From Eledone cirrhosa (lineage: Eukaryota): a DNA stretch of 64,000 bases. A program made the translations under genes and the position numbers. Below are positions 46,042 to 59,030 of this stretch, piece by piece. The stretch lies in assembly GCA_964016885.1 (NCBI GenBank), contig OZ024742.1, positions 347,076,001 to 347,140,000 of the forward strand. The letters are read 5' to 3'. A model generated the notes under the pieces. It saw nothing but the letters and a program-made list of their open reading frames with translations. It did no database searches and was not told the DNA's origin. Position 1 is the stretch's first letter. Each line of letters starts with the position of its first letter.

Positions 46042-48533
46042 TACCGTATATACTCATATATGGACCAAGAAATATATGACAAAACATCAATGGTAAAATG
46101 GGGGAGGTTAGCTTATATTTGAGGTCAATATTTGGCCAATTTTCACCAACTTCAAAAATCTATGTAATGAGGTGCTAAAATATTTTTGCTTTGGAAGTGA
46201 ATATTGCACCAGTTTTACTTTGGAAGTGAATATTGCACCAGTTTTACTTTGGAAGTGAATATTGCACCAGTTTTACTTTGGAAGTGAATATTGCACCAGT
46301 TTTACTTTGGAAGTGAATATTGCACCAGTTTTACTTTGGAAGTGAATATTGCACCAGTTTTACTTTGGAAGTGAATATTGCACCAATTTTACTTTGGAAG
46401 TGAATATTGCACCAATTTTACTTTGGAAGTGAATATTGCACCAGTTTTACTTGGGAGGTGAATATTACACCAATTTTACTTGGGAAGTGAATATTACACC
46501 AATTTTACTTTGGAAGTGAATATTGCACCAGTTTTACTTTGGAAGTGAATATTGCACCAATTTTACTTGGGAAGTGAATATTGCACCAATTTTACTTTGG
46601 AAGTGAATATTGCACCAGTTTTACTTTGGAAGTGAATATTGCACCAATTTTACTTGGGAAGTGAATATTGCACCAATTTTACTTGGGAAGTGAATATTAC
46701 ACCAGTTTTACTTTGGAAGTGAATATTGCACTAGTTTTACTTTGGAAGTGAATATTGCACCAATTTTACTTGGGAAGTGAATATTGCACCAGTTTTACTT
46801 TGGAAGTGAATATTGCACCAGTTTTACTTTGGAAGTGAATATTGCACCAGTTTTACTTGGGAGGTGAATATTGCACCAGTTTTACTTTGGAAGTGAATAT
46901 TGCACCAATTTTACTTGGGAAGTGAATATTACACCAGTTTTACTTTGGAAGTGAATATTGCACCAGTTTTACTTTGGAAGTGAATATTGCACCAGTTTTA
47001 CTTGGGAGGTGAATATTGCACCAGTTTTACTTGGGAGGTGAATATTACACCAGTTTTACTTTGGAAGTGAATATTGCACCAGTTTTACTTTGGAAGTGAA
47101 TATTGCACCAATTTTACTTGGGAAGTGAATATTACACCAGTTTTACTTTGGAAGTGAATATTGCACCAGTTTTACTTTGGAAGTGAATATTGCACCAGTT
47201 TTACTTGGGAGGTGAATATTGCACCAGTTTTACTTGGGAGGTGAATATTACACCAGTTTTACTTTGGAAGTGAATATTGCACCAGTTTTACTTGGGCGGT
47301 GAATATTACACCAGTTTTACTTTGGAAGTGAATATTGCACCAGTTTTACTTTGGAAGTGAATATTACACCAGTTTTACTTTGGAGGTAAATATTACACCA
47401 GTTTTACTTTGGAAGTGAATATTGCACCAGTTTTACTTTGGAAGTGAATATTACACCAGTTTTACTTGGGAGGTGAATATTACACCAGTTTTACTTTGGA
47501 AGTGAATATTACACCAGTTTTATTTTGGAGGTGAATATTGCACCAGTTTTACTTTGGAGGTAAATATTACACCAGTTTTACTTTGGAGGTAAATATTACA
47601 CCGGTTTTATTTTGGAGGTGAACATTACACCTGTTTTACTTTGGAGGTAAATATTACACCTGTTTTACTTTGGAGGTAAATATTACACCAGTTTTATTTT
47701 GGAGGTGAACATTACTCCAGTTTTACTTTGGAGGTAAATATTACACCAGTTTTATTTTGGAGGTAAATATTACACCAGTTTTACTTTGGAAGTGAATATT
47801 GCACCAGTTTTACTTTGGAGGTAAATATTACACCAGTTTTATTTTGGAGGTAAATATTACACCAGTTTTACTTTGGAGGTGAATATTACACCAGTTTTAC
47901 TTTGGAAGTGAATATTACTCCAGTTTTACTTTGGAGGTAAATATTGCACCAGTTTTACTTTGGAGGTGAACATTACTCCAGTTTTACTTTGGAGGTAAAT
48001 ATTGCACCAGTTTTATTTTGGAGGTAAATATTACACCTGTTTTATTTTGGAGGTGAACATTACTCCAGTTTTACTTTGGAGGTAAATATTGCACCAGTTT
48101 TATTTTGGAGGTGAATATTACACTAGTTTTACTTTGGAGGTGAATATTACACCAGTTTCACTTTGAAGGTGAATATTACACCTGTTTCACTTTGGAGGTG
48201 AATATTTAACTTTCTTTGAAGAGAAATTCATATTTCCTATTCTTTTTGCTGTTTTGAATGAATATGGCCTTCAAAACAGTTGGAAATTGGTAAAATATCA
48301 TTATGTAATGGAGTTGAGAAACAAAAACTATACATTAAACAACACTTAAAACATTATAAATATCAAAATATTATAACTCCATAAATAAATTCTTCCCTCA
48401 TATTTTATGAGAGCTCCACCATCTAAACCTATTGTGTTGATTACCAGCCCCGGCTTATAAACGGGGTTTGGAATTTTGCCCATTTCTCCGACATAAAACA
48501 GGGGTCAGCTTATATTCAGGTATATATACAGTA
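46042..48533. mobile_element. Tc1/mariner-pogo-type MITE hosting a 29-bp minisatellite
   Basis: TA-CCGTATATACTC at 46042 and gcttatattcaggtatatatacag-TA ending at 48533 (imperfect TIRs with TA flanks). Confidence 0.6.
46185..48207. repeat. 29-bp minisatellite, ~70 copies
   Basis: Unit ttggaagtgaatattgcaccagttttact; 'atattgcacc' at 46201, 46230 and onward; no spacers. Confidence 0.95.
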
Positions 48534-48609
48534 GTGTGTGATAACCCCATCAACCCTTGCTAGCAACGAAAACAGTATTTAAATAATGTTGATGATGATA
48601 TATATATAT

Positions 48610-49765
48610 ATGTACAGAGTCTCTGTGTGTGTCTATGGGTATTTGTGTGTGTGTGTCTGTGTGTCTGTTTGTGTCTGTGTATGTGTGAGTGTGTATGTGT
48701 ATATGCATGTGTATGTGTGTGTATGTGTATGTATGTGTATGTGTCTATGTATGTGTATGTGTGTGTATGTGTATGTATGTGTATGTGTGTCTATGTATGG
48801 GTGTGTATGTGTGTATGTATGTGTGTCTGTGTGTGTGTGTATATGCATGTGTGTGTGTATATGAATGTGTATGTGTGTCTATGTATGCATGTGTCTGTGT
48901 GTGTATGCGTATGTATGTCTGTGTATGTGTGTCTATGTATGTTTGTCTATGTATGTGTGTGTATGTATGTGTGTGTGTATGTGTATGTATGTCTGTGTAT
49001 ATGTGTCTATGTATGTGCATGTCTGTGTGTGTATATGTATGTGTGTATGTGTATGTATGTGTGTGTCTGCATGTGTGTATGCCTGTGTATGTGTGTCTAT
49101 GTATGTGTGTGCATGTGTATATGTGTGTATCTGTGTTTTAGTGTGTGTGTATGTATGTGTGCATATGTATCTGTATGCGTATGTATATCTGTGTGTGTGT
49201 ATGTCAACAGAAATCCACTCAAGAAATATCAAATATTTGGCTGACATTCCAACAAAAAATAAACATTTCTATAAAGTACAACAGTAGTTGTTGTTGTGTG
49301 GTGTTGTAGTGTTGTTGTTGTGTTGTTGTTGCTGTGTGGTGTTGTGTTGTAGTGTTATTGTGGTGTTGTTGTTGTGGTGTTGTTGTTTCTGTGTGGTGTT
49401 GTGGTGTTGTTGTTGTGTTGTTGCTGTGTGGTGTTGTGTTGTAGTGTTGTTGTGGTGTTGTTGTTGTGGTGTTGTTGTTGTGGTGTTGTTGTTGTTTCTG
49501 TGTGGTGTTGTGGTGTTGTTGTTGTGTTGTTGTTGCTGCGTGGTGTTGTGTTGTAGTGTTGTTGTGGTGTTGTTGTTGTGATGTTGTTGTTTCTGTGTGG
49601 TGCTGTGCTGTGGTGTTGTTGTTGTATTGTTGTTGTGCTGGGTTGTGTGGTGGTGTTGTGTTGTTGTTGTTGTTGTGTTGTTGTTGTTGTTTGGTGTTAT
49701 TGTGTGGTGTTATTGTTGTGTGGTGTTGTTTATTGCTATTGTAATGTTTGGTTTTGTTATTGTTG
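48610..49765. repeat. (TG/TA/TC) compound microsatellite (48610-49205) and (TTG/TGG)n tract (49285-49765)
   Basis: Direct inspection. Confidence 0.93.
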
Positions 49766-49967
49766 AAGTAAAATAATCTTCATCATCATCATCATCACCA
49801 TTATCATCATGCCCACTATCACCATTACCAATGGTGATAGTGAAAAGGAGGGGATGAATTTCAAAAGAAGGAGGAGAGAGAGAGGATATTGATGTGTAGT
49901 CATAAAAGAATAAGTTTCTATAATTGAAATATATACATATATATATATATATAATATATATATATAC

Positions 49968-50040
<73 letters not shown>

Positions 50041-50231
50041 CATATACATAGCGGTGATAAATTAGTTTTGCGAGGTTTTTCAATACATATACATATATAT
50101 ATATACATATATCAAGGGCGGTGCCCCAGCATGGCCTCAGCCGGATGGCTGAAACAGGTAAAAGAGTATACATATACATATATATATATACATATATATA
50201 TATACATATATATATATATACATATATACAT

Positions 50232-50263
<32 letters not shown>

Positions 50264-50291
50264 TACATTATATATATATATATATATATAT

Positions 50292-50483
50292 ATATACGAT
50301 ATTAATAAATGGAAACTATATTTATAAAACCATATTTATTTCATTATACATAAATATGGTTTTATAAATATAGTTTCCATTTATTAATATCGTATATCTA
50401 CTCCAAAAATTTGTCGAGTGCTTTATATCAGTTATAAAAATATTTACTTGTTGTATCCCAACAACTTTAAATAGAACTTTTGC

Positions 50484-50484
<1 letters not shown>
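50292..50484 (+). mobile_element. Fold-back element, same family as 10618-10905
   Basis: 48-bp arms at 50292-50339 and 50350-50397; tail 'ctactccaaaaatttgtcgagtgctttatatcagttata...cccaacaactttaaat' matches 10823-10895. Confidence 0.75.
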
Positions 50485-50525
<41 letters not shown>

Positions 50526-50817
50526 ATAAAGAGAGAGTGATATTTAGACAGTAATCCCCAGAGAGTTGCAGACATTTCCTCCCTTGGCAGTTGACATATT
50601 ATATAATGTACAATAAGATATACATTTTTACTTACTCACTCGAAACCACTAAATGTAAAAGGTTACTTAGTAGGCAAGAGGACAGAGAGAACATTAGAGA
50701 GAGTGGGAGGGGGGGGGGGGTGACTATTGACGTTGATTTTGAATTATTGAAAATTGTAGTGGTCAGTCAGAAAAGCAAGCAGCCGGAAAAGAATTCCATA
50801 AAGTGGTCTTATATGTT

Positions 50818-51310
50818 TCATGATAAAAAGCAGCCAGTCCACACTGTAAAGTGGTTGTGTAGGTGTCGTGACAAAAAGCAGCCAGTCCACACTGTAAAGT
50901 GGTTGTGTAGGTGTGGTGACAAAAAGCAGCCAGTCCACACTGTAAAGTGGTTGTGTAGGTGTCGTGACAAAAAGCAGCCAGTCCATACTGTAAAGTGGTT
51001 GTGTAGGTGTCGTGACAAAAAGCAGCCAGTCCATACTCTAAAGTGGTTGTGTAGGTTTCACAACAAAAAGCAATTAGTCCACACTGTAATGTGGTTGTGG
51101 AAGTGACATGACAAAAAGTGCCCAGCCCACACTGTAAATGTGGTTGGCATTAGGGAAGGCATCCAGCCATAGAAACCAAGCCAAAATTGATCCAGTATGA
51201 GCTGGAAACGGTCATCTGCTCTGGCCTGGCATACATCTTGACAACTTGTCTAATCCATGCTAGTGTGGAAAGATGAACATTAAATGGTGATGATGATCAT
51301 TATGATGATA
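50818..51310 (+). mobile_element. RTE-type 3' UTR fragment with a 48-bp tandem array (~7 copies)
   Basis: Unit gacaaaaagcagccagtccacactgtaaagtggttgtgtaggtgtcgt, then the RTE terminal block (ggcatccagccatagaaa...ccatgctagtgtggaa) and (GAT)n. Confidence 0.8.
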
Positions 51311-52185
51311 TATGTGAGGGAAGAAACTATCAGAATAGAATTTGCTATTTCATTTAGGAAGTTCAACTGTAAATTGATAAGAGCTAACCACCAATCTGGT
51401 ACTCTGTTTAAACTTGTGAAAACAAGGCAACAAAGAGGAAAGCTCATCAGAACAAACCTCATGAAAATATTTATAGAAAGGGCAAAGAGAGGCAATATTT
51501 TGATGATGTGATAGTGATTGAAGCAGACATGTTAAGTCATGATATGTCACCGTGTGACAATTCTGGCCATTTGAATTATATGTACAGTCCATCTGGTGGG
51601 CTTCCAAACAGTTTCCATCTACAAAATTTCAGTCACAAGATATGGGTCAATCTGAGACTATTGTAAATAGATTCCATGTAGTGAGATCAAACCCAGAATA
51701 TAATGATTCCAAAGCAAACGTTTTAACCAGAAAAATAATAAATAGCATAAAAGAGGGAGAATATCTGTTAGACAGACCATCAATGAATATAATTTCATTT
51801 TAGATACAAAACCATATTTCCCAAACTAAAGACATTTAGATAACAGAACTTCATCAATAAACTATTTGGGTGAGTGTCTTCTACTATATTTACTATAGTT
51901 TGGGGTTAACCAACACCTTGTCAGTGGAATCTAGTAATCAGAAATAGAAAAAGCTCATATATATATATATCATCATCATCATCATGATATATATATATGT
52001 ATGCAATGATATATATACATATACACACACACACATATATATATACAAATTAAGATGACAGAAAGAAGTCCTTAAATCATTTGATACATCATATATATAT
52101 ATATATACCCTTGCAAGCAGAGAAAGCGGACATAAAATGATGAGGATATATATATAAAATGATGAGGATATATATATATAAAATA

Positions 52186-52225
<40 letters not shown>

Positions 52226-52226
52226 A

Positions 52227-52444
52227 ACGAGGGGTGCTGAAATGTTCCTGGCTTGATTGCTGCTACAGAAGCCTGGTTATAGACCCAACCATCTAACTTC
52301 TTTTTACAGGGCTTAGAAAAACTGAAGGACTGCTGCAATAACTGCGTGAATCTAAGAGGGGAAGATGTTAAATAAAATCATAATTAACTGATCTTCTATT
52401 TTCTTTTACCCAAAGTCAAGAACTTTTGAGAGCATTCCCACGTA
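52227..52444 (+). mobile_element. Internally deleted mariner element (MITE)
   Basis: Ends acgagggggtgctgaaatgttcc / gaacttttgagagcattcccacgta; internal FFLQGLEKLKDCCNNCVNLRGEDVK* resembles the mariner transposase C-terminus. Confidence 0.7.
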
Positions 52445-52964
52445 TCTTTATATGTATTTATATTATACATTATATTGTGGGTGGGTGTGTGTGTGTGTGC
52501 GTGTGTGTGTATGCATCCATGAGTGTGTTTATGCCCAGTAACTTATTGGTTCAACAAAGAGATCAATAAATTAAGTACCAGGCTTAAAATATATAAATAC
52601 TGAGGTTGATGTCCTCAAGCAAATTCCCCTTATGGTGATACTCCAGCATGGCCACAGTCTAATGAGTTAGACCAGTAAAAGAGTATAATAGTAAATGTTC
52701 ATAATAATTATTTCTGATTTAAGCACCAGGCCAACAATTTTGGGGAGGGTAAAGTCGATTAAATTGAACCCAGTGCATTACTGGTACTTTATTTTAGCGA
52801 CCATATACAGATGAAAGGCAAAGCTAACCTTGGTGGGGTTTGAAACCAGAATGTAAAAGGCCATAACTCTATGCCACGAAGCATGTTGTCCGACACCCTA
52901 TAGTTTACTGCTAATCCACTCATGGTAATAAAAACAAGTATATGAGAGAGATAGTGTTACTTAC

Positions 52965-53212
52965 AGAGTCTACATCAGTTTCACAACTGTTCTCTATGTG
53001 AGGATCATAGTCTTTGAAGATGCTAAAAGGCTTTTCCTTAGTATTGACTTCATAATCCCTGCCACTAATCTTGCCTTGCACTGTGTAACGCACAAATGTA
53101 TCAGGACCCTCAAAAGAACATGGTAACGAATGTGGGAGCCGATAGAGGAAAGGGAAGACATGGTTTCCCTTTTCAAGGATTTCCAAACTTTCCCAACCTC
53201 CTTTGTCATCAA
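52965..53212 (-). CDS. Alpha-arrestin / arrestin domain-containing protein, internal exon (arrestin N-domain, 3' part)
   Basis: Translates DDKGGWESLEILEKGNHVFPFLYRLPHSLPCSFEGPDTFVRYTVQGKI...TDVDS, matching the arrestin-N 'G.H.FPF...LP..LP.SFEG....VRY' signature. AG acceptor at 53214-53213 after a pyrimidine tract; GTAAGT donor at 52964; starts phase 1, ends phase 0. Confidence 0.9.
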
Positions 53213-53589
53213 CTGTAAAAGAGAAATTTAGATAATATTTTAAATTAAAAAAAAACAAATCTATAAATTACACACTTTTCGTATATAGATATGTAAATAT
53301 GCCAAATATATGTATTTTCCTGTAAACTGAAAAAACTGATAAAGACATTTAATTGATTTTCAAGTCAAGTTGGGTTCTTCATCAGAAGATGTGTACATAA
53401 TCTAAACAACCACAAGGAATGCATCATTAAGGGGCTTATATACCTTATCACTTATAGTAGTATCCTGATTTGGACATACAAATTTGCATATTACATAATC
53501 TTTTTAGATTTACAGGGAAATATGTATATTTGAAATGTTTACTTGTCTAAATACTAAAAATGTGTAAATTATATACACCCTCTACTCAG

Positions 53590-53621
<32 letters not shown>

Positions 53622-53687
53622 CAGATATAATTTTACCATATATATATCATATAAATATATACAGATATAACTTTATCATATATATAT

Positions 53688-53733
<46 letters not shown>

Positions 53734-53903
53734 GATATAACTTTATCTTATATATATATATATATATATACAGATATAACTTTATCATATATATATATTA
53801 TATATTATATATTATGTATATTATGTATATATATATATATATATATACACACACATATATATACAGATATACTTTAACATCATATACTTCAGCTGCTTAG
53901 CAT

Positions 53904-54303
53904 ACATCATCATCATCATCATCACCATTTTACATCCGTTCTTCCACGCTACCATGGGTTAGAGAGGTTGTCCTGTTGTGGGCAGTGTCTGGTTGGCTGA
54001 TCTTGTCTTGCTCATGCAAGAACTGATTTTGGCTTAATTTCTACAGCTGGATGCCCTTCCTAACACCAACCTCATTTTACAGTGAGTGCTGGGTGCTTTT
54101 TTGCCGTGGCACCTCCACGACCACTTTGTAGTGGAATGATAGGGACCCCAGTCCCTATCATCTCATTTCTACAGCTGAGTAAACTGGAGCAATGTGAAAT
54201 AAAGTGCCTTGCTCAAGGAAACAACACATCACCTGGCCCGAGAATTGAACTCACAACCTTTCGATTACAAGCCCAATGCTCTAACCACTAAGCCATGTGC
54301 CTT
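53904..54303 (-). mobile_element. Full-length tRNA-derived SINE with RTE 3' tail
   Basis: Head GGCACATGGCTTAGTGGTTAGAGC...GAGTTCAATTCTC, core CCTTGAGCAAGGCACTTTA, then ~225 bp matching the 3' UTR and (GAT)n tail of RTE subfamily 2. Confidence 0.85.
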
Positions 54304-54559
54304 CATCATACAATGTAGAGATGATTATCTAAAAATAAATGGTGTAATGAAGCATTTATCAAATTAGTCAAGTTAGAATATAAATTTCAACATGTTTCTT
54401 TCAACTGGTAAGTCTGGTAGAAGAGGCAATAGTTATGTCCTTTTAACTGGTAGATCTGGTAGAAGAGGTAGTAGTTATGTCCTCTTAACTGGTAAGTCTG
54501 GTAGAAGAGGCAGTAGTTATGTCCTTTTAACTGGTAGAAGAGGCAGTAGTTATGTCCTT

Positions 54560-54790
54560 TACAGGCTCTCCTAAGCCAGAGAGATCAATGCCATAGATGT
54601 TGTTTAAATTGATATAGGTTCCTTTGGGAAAAATATCAGCATAGATTGAGATCCACTAGGTTAATGTTGTAGGCAGGAAGAACTTGACAATGGTTAGTGT
54701 AAGGCCTGGAAGAAGGGGTTTGGACATAGGTGCTGAGAGAAGGAGAGTTGAGAGAGTCAGAAGTCCTGGAATCGGAGTGATGTGACATAA
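54560..54790 (-). mobile_element. Possible old CR1/L2-like LINE 3' remnant; adjacent 43-bp tandem repeat at 54405-54560
   Basis: Minus strand reads ...KFFLPTTLT*WISIYADIFP..., loosely like 'SFFPRT...WN.LP..VFP'. Confidence 0.35.
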
Positions 54791-56794
54791 TGACATTCTC
54801 TATCAACTACAAGGTAGGTCAGATACAATGTCTTGCAGTGTTCAGTCTGGCTCTCTCTGCTCTCTGAGTTCAAATCCCACCGGGGCCAACATTGTCTTCT
54901 ATCCTTTCAAGTTCAATGAAAAAAGTACCAGTTCAATAATTGTTTCTACATTAGGCACAAGGTCAGCAATTTGAAGGGAAGGGAAAAGTCGATACTTTAT
55001 TTTATCGACCCCATAATGATAAAAGCCAAAGCTAATCTTGGTGGGATTTGAACTCAGAACGTAAAGGGCCGTAACTCTGTGTAGTAAGGCATGTTGTCTG
55101 ACGCTCTACCAATACTGCTAATTCACTGCCCTTTCAATAATGATGTTGCTTCTTCTTCTATATCTCTTTTTTACTTCTCTCTCTTACTCTCTCCTGAAAT
55201 TGTCTATGTTTAGACCTGGAAAGGGATGGGCTCTGCCAAGTTTAAAATACTCAAGACATGCTGTATGCCACTATAGTACCCTTACGACTCCACCTGGAAT
55301 TATAGAACCATACATCTGTCTCAAGCCCGAAGGTTCATCAGCTGATACTGGTGCCAGTTTTGTAGCGTGAAATGACTGAGAGTACAAGGCACCCTCTGGG
55401 CAGGACACCAGTTCATCACATACATACATGCATCTTAAACAGATTTGTTCATTGAAATTTTTATAGTATCTTTACTTGTGGACAGATTTTTGTGAAAAAT
55501 TACAGTATTAGAATAAAGATGCTAATTTTTAATGTTGATCCTGCTAAAACTCAGGTCGATAGTTACAGGTATATGGTTTTTAATTAACTCATAACATCCT
55601 GAGTGTCTTGCTAATGAGGTTTCATACAATACTGGACATTAAGACTTAACAACACTGCATATGCAACATTTCGTAAAACATGACTGCATCACATTAAGAA
55701 TTAAAATAGTTACTCTAATACTGCAAACTAGTAAAGATACTATAAATATTTGAGTTAACAAACCTGTTTTTAGGTATTTTCTGCTAAATCATTACAGGAT
55801 GTTAAGATATAATGCTGCATTAGCACGACATTCTTGAAAATAGAATACATTATGACTTTCAAAACTAAAGTTTTTACTCTAATATAGCAAATTTTTACAA
55901 TGATTTGTCTACTAGCAAAGATGCTATGAACATTTAAATTAATTGTTTCTAATTTTGGCACAAGGCCAACAATTTTTTGGTGGGAGGGGAAAGTCAATTA
56001 AATCTACCCCAGAGCATTACTGGTACTTTATTTTATCGACCCATTAGCAAAGCTAACCTTGGTGAGATTTGAACTCAGAATGTAAAGGGCCATAACTCTA
56101 TTCCACGAAACGTAGTCTCGGATGCTCAACTGATACTGTCAATCCACCACAGAAAATACCTAAAAACAGGTTTAAATTAATAAACCTGTTTTTAGGTATT
56201 TTCTACTAAACCATTACAGAATGGTAAGATACCTGATCCTATAACTCCTGATGGAGTCATAAGGGTGCCATAGTGGCTTTCCTAGGGAATTTCAAACCTG
56301 GCGGAGACCAGCCCTCGCCAGGTCTGAACACAGCAGATTTCTTCTAGAGAAGGATAGAAAGTGAGAGAGAGGTGAGAAAGAGATATAGAGGAAAATCAAC
56401 CCCAATACTAGCCGGTACTTTTTTTATCAACCTCAAAAGGATGAAAGGCAAAGTTGACCTCAGTGGGATTTGAACTCAAAAAGCAGAGAGCCGGAACAAA
56501 TATCACAGAGCATTCCATCTGGTGTTCCAATAACTCTAACATTCCGCCACATTGATGTTAAGATATAATACTGCAAATTTTCACAATTTGTACACCAGTA
56601 AAGAAAATACAATAAACATTTGAATTAACAAATCTGTTTTTAGATATATTCTGCTAAACTATTACAACAGGATAAGAGATAATACTGCAAATTTTCACAA
56701 CGATCTGTCCACTAATAAAGACACTATAAATATTTGAATTAACAAACCTATTTTAGATCTGCTAAATTAGGATTAAAGGTACATAAGGGCTTAG

Positions 56795-57820
56795 TCATCA
56801 TCATCATCATCATCACCGTTTTACGTCCGTTCTTCCATGCTAGCATGGGTTAGACGGGTTGTCCTGTTGTGGGCAGTGTGTGGTCGGCTGACCATGCCTT
56901 GCTCATACAGGAACTGATTTGGCTTGATTTCTACAGCTGGATGCCCTTCCTAACACCAACCTCATTTACAGTGAGTACTGGGTGCTTTTTCGTGGTGCCT
57001 ACACGTCCACTTTACAGTGTGGGCTGGGTGCTTTTTTGCCGTGGCACCTCCATGACCACTTTGCGGTGGGTGGTGTGGGGGCATATTGTCTATATGCTTC
57101 AGCTTGTACCCATGGGAGGTTGGGTACTCTGTATTACTGCGTGACGCCAGAGGTCAAGGTGGTGTGTCATTGCCTTTGAGAGGTGTAATTGGGTAAGGTC
57201 GGCTTTTATCACCTCATCCCAGGTCATCTTGGGTCTCCCCACTCCGCGGTTTCCATCGACTTCTAGTGCTCTGCACCTTTTTATGCAGCTGTCATCCTTC
57301 ATACGCATCACATGTCCATACCAGCGCAACCGCCTCTCCTGCACACAGCATTTGATTCCTCTTATGCTCAGTCTCTCTCTCAATTCATTTATGCTTTGTC
57401 GTTCACGTATATTACTGTTACACATCCATCGGAGCATGCAGGCTTCGTTTCTCTCTAATCTACGTAAGTCTTCCACCTTCAGCGCCCAGGTCTCACTACC
57501 ATGCAACATAGCTGTTCTGATACACGCATCATACAGTCTGCCTTTCATTCTGAGGGAGAAGCCTTTTGCAGCTAGCAGTGGTAGTAGTTCCCTAAACTTC
57601 TTCCATCCCGTTCTTACCCTAGTTATTGTACTTTCTGAACACCCACCTCCACTGCTAATTCGGTCACCTAGGTAGCAGAAGCTGTCTACTGTCTCTACAG
57701 AGCCCTCCCAGAGATTGGTGGTACTTGTTTCCTGTGGCTGTTTGCTGCTTGCTGTCCCAGCACAGCTGCTGCATGTGAAGCCTACATTCTTAATTAAGCT
57801 TCCTGAGATCCCGCTAGTGA
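56795..57820 (-). mobile_element. 5'-truncated RTE LINE, second subfamily
   Basis: SGISGSLIKNVGFTCSSC...GRPKMTWDEVIKADL; highly similar to 32664-33445; (GAT)n tail. Confidence 0.92.
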
Positions 57821-57879
57821 TGTTGTTAAACAGTGACAGGTTAAGTGTACTAGTGATAAAGATACTACTATTACTGCTA

Positions 57880-58389
57880 ATAATTGTTTCTACTTTAGGC
57901 ACAAGGCCAGCTATTACCCCCCAGTGCATTACTGGTACTTTATTTTAAATCGACCCTGTAAGGATGAAAGGCAAAGCTAACCTCGGCAGGTTTTGAATTC
58001 AGATCGTAAAGGGTTGTAACTCTATGCTGCAAATAATGTTGTCCAACGTGCTACCAATTACTGCCAATCCACTGCCCTACTACTTCTTCTTCCTCTTTTT
58101 CTTCTTGCTCTGGCTCGATGAGACTGGGGTCATCTTGGGTCAGTGATCCAGAGGCATCATTATGCATAGAATCGACTACTAATAATAACAATAAAAATAA
58201 TTGTTTCTACTATTGGCACAAGGCCAGCAATTACCCAGTACATTACTGGTACTTTATTTTATCGACCCCGTAAGGATGAAAGGCAAAGTTATCCTCGGCG
58301 GGATTTGAACTCAGAATGGCAAGAGCCGTAACTCTATGCGTCAAAGCATGGCATCCGACCCTCTACCGATACTGCCAATTCACCGCCCC

Positions 58390-58436
<47 letters not shown>

Positions 58437-58780
58437 GTTTCTTATATAGGCACAAGGCCAGCAATTTGAAGGGGAGGGGAAAGTCGACCGAATCGACCCC
58501 AGTGCATTACTGGTACTTTATTTTATCGACCCCGTAAGGATGAAAGGCAAAGTTAATCTTGGCGGGATTTGAACTCAGAACGTAAAGTGCCGTAACTCTA
58601 TGTCGCGAAGCATGGTGTTCGACGCTCTACTGATTCTGCCAATCCACCGAATAATAATGATTTCTAGTATAGGCACAAGGCCAGTAATTTGGGGGAGGGG
58701 AAATCAATTAAATCAACCCTATTACGTTACTGGTACTTTATTTTATCAACCCCATAAGGATGAAAGGCAAAGTTAACTTT
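57880..58780 (-). mobile_element. Cluster of four co-oriented copies of the same SINE
   Basis: Copies at ~57880-58078, 58198-58390, 58435-58650 and 58660-58780 (partial), mostly separated by (TAA)n tails. Confidence 0.85.
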
Positions 58781-59030
58781 GTTAATAATTAATTATCGTT
58801 AATGAGTAATGTACAGATAAGTATTGACTTTTAATTGGTAACCTTTAATCAATGACCTTTAATGAGTGTTATACAAATAAACACTGACCTTTAATTGATA
58901 GTTGAGGACTTTATTAATCATCAACATCATCATCATTATCATCTAGTTACTTTTCATGTTGGTTTGGGCTGGACAGGTCATCATGGTCCAAGACATGGTC
59001 TTATATATGGGGGGAGGGGTCACCATAGCT

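Noticed and set aside
46185-48207. CRISPR-like 29-bp partly palindromic repeat
   Set aside because: Units are directly adjacent with no unique spacers, no cas genes, eukaryotic context.
48586-49766. Cys/Val-rich ORFs (metallothionein- or keratin-associated-like)
   Set aside because: Translations of (TG)n and (TTG/TGG)n simple repeats.
50591-51106. ORF with 16-aa Cys/His repeats (KKQPVHTVKWLCRCRD)
   Set aside because: The repeat is the 48-bp RTE 3' UTR module, non-coding elsewhere in the window.
54230-54303. tRNA gene candidates (also 39342 and 59031)
   Set aside because: A/B boxes are present but I could not form a clean cloverleaf, and each runs into a SINE body.
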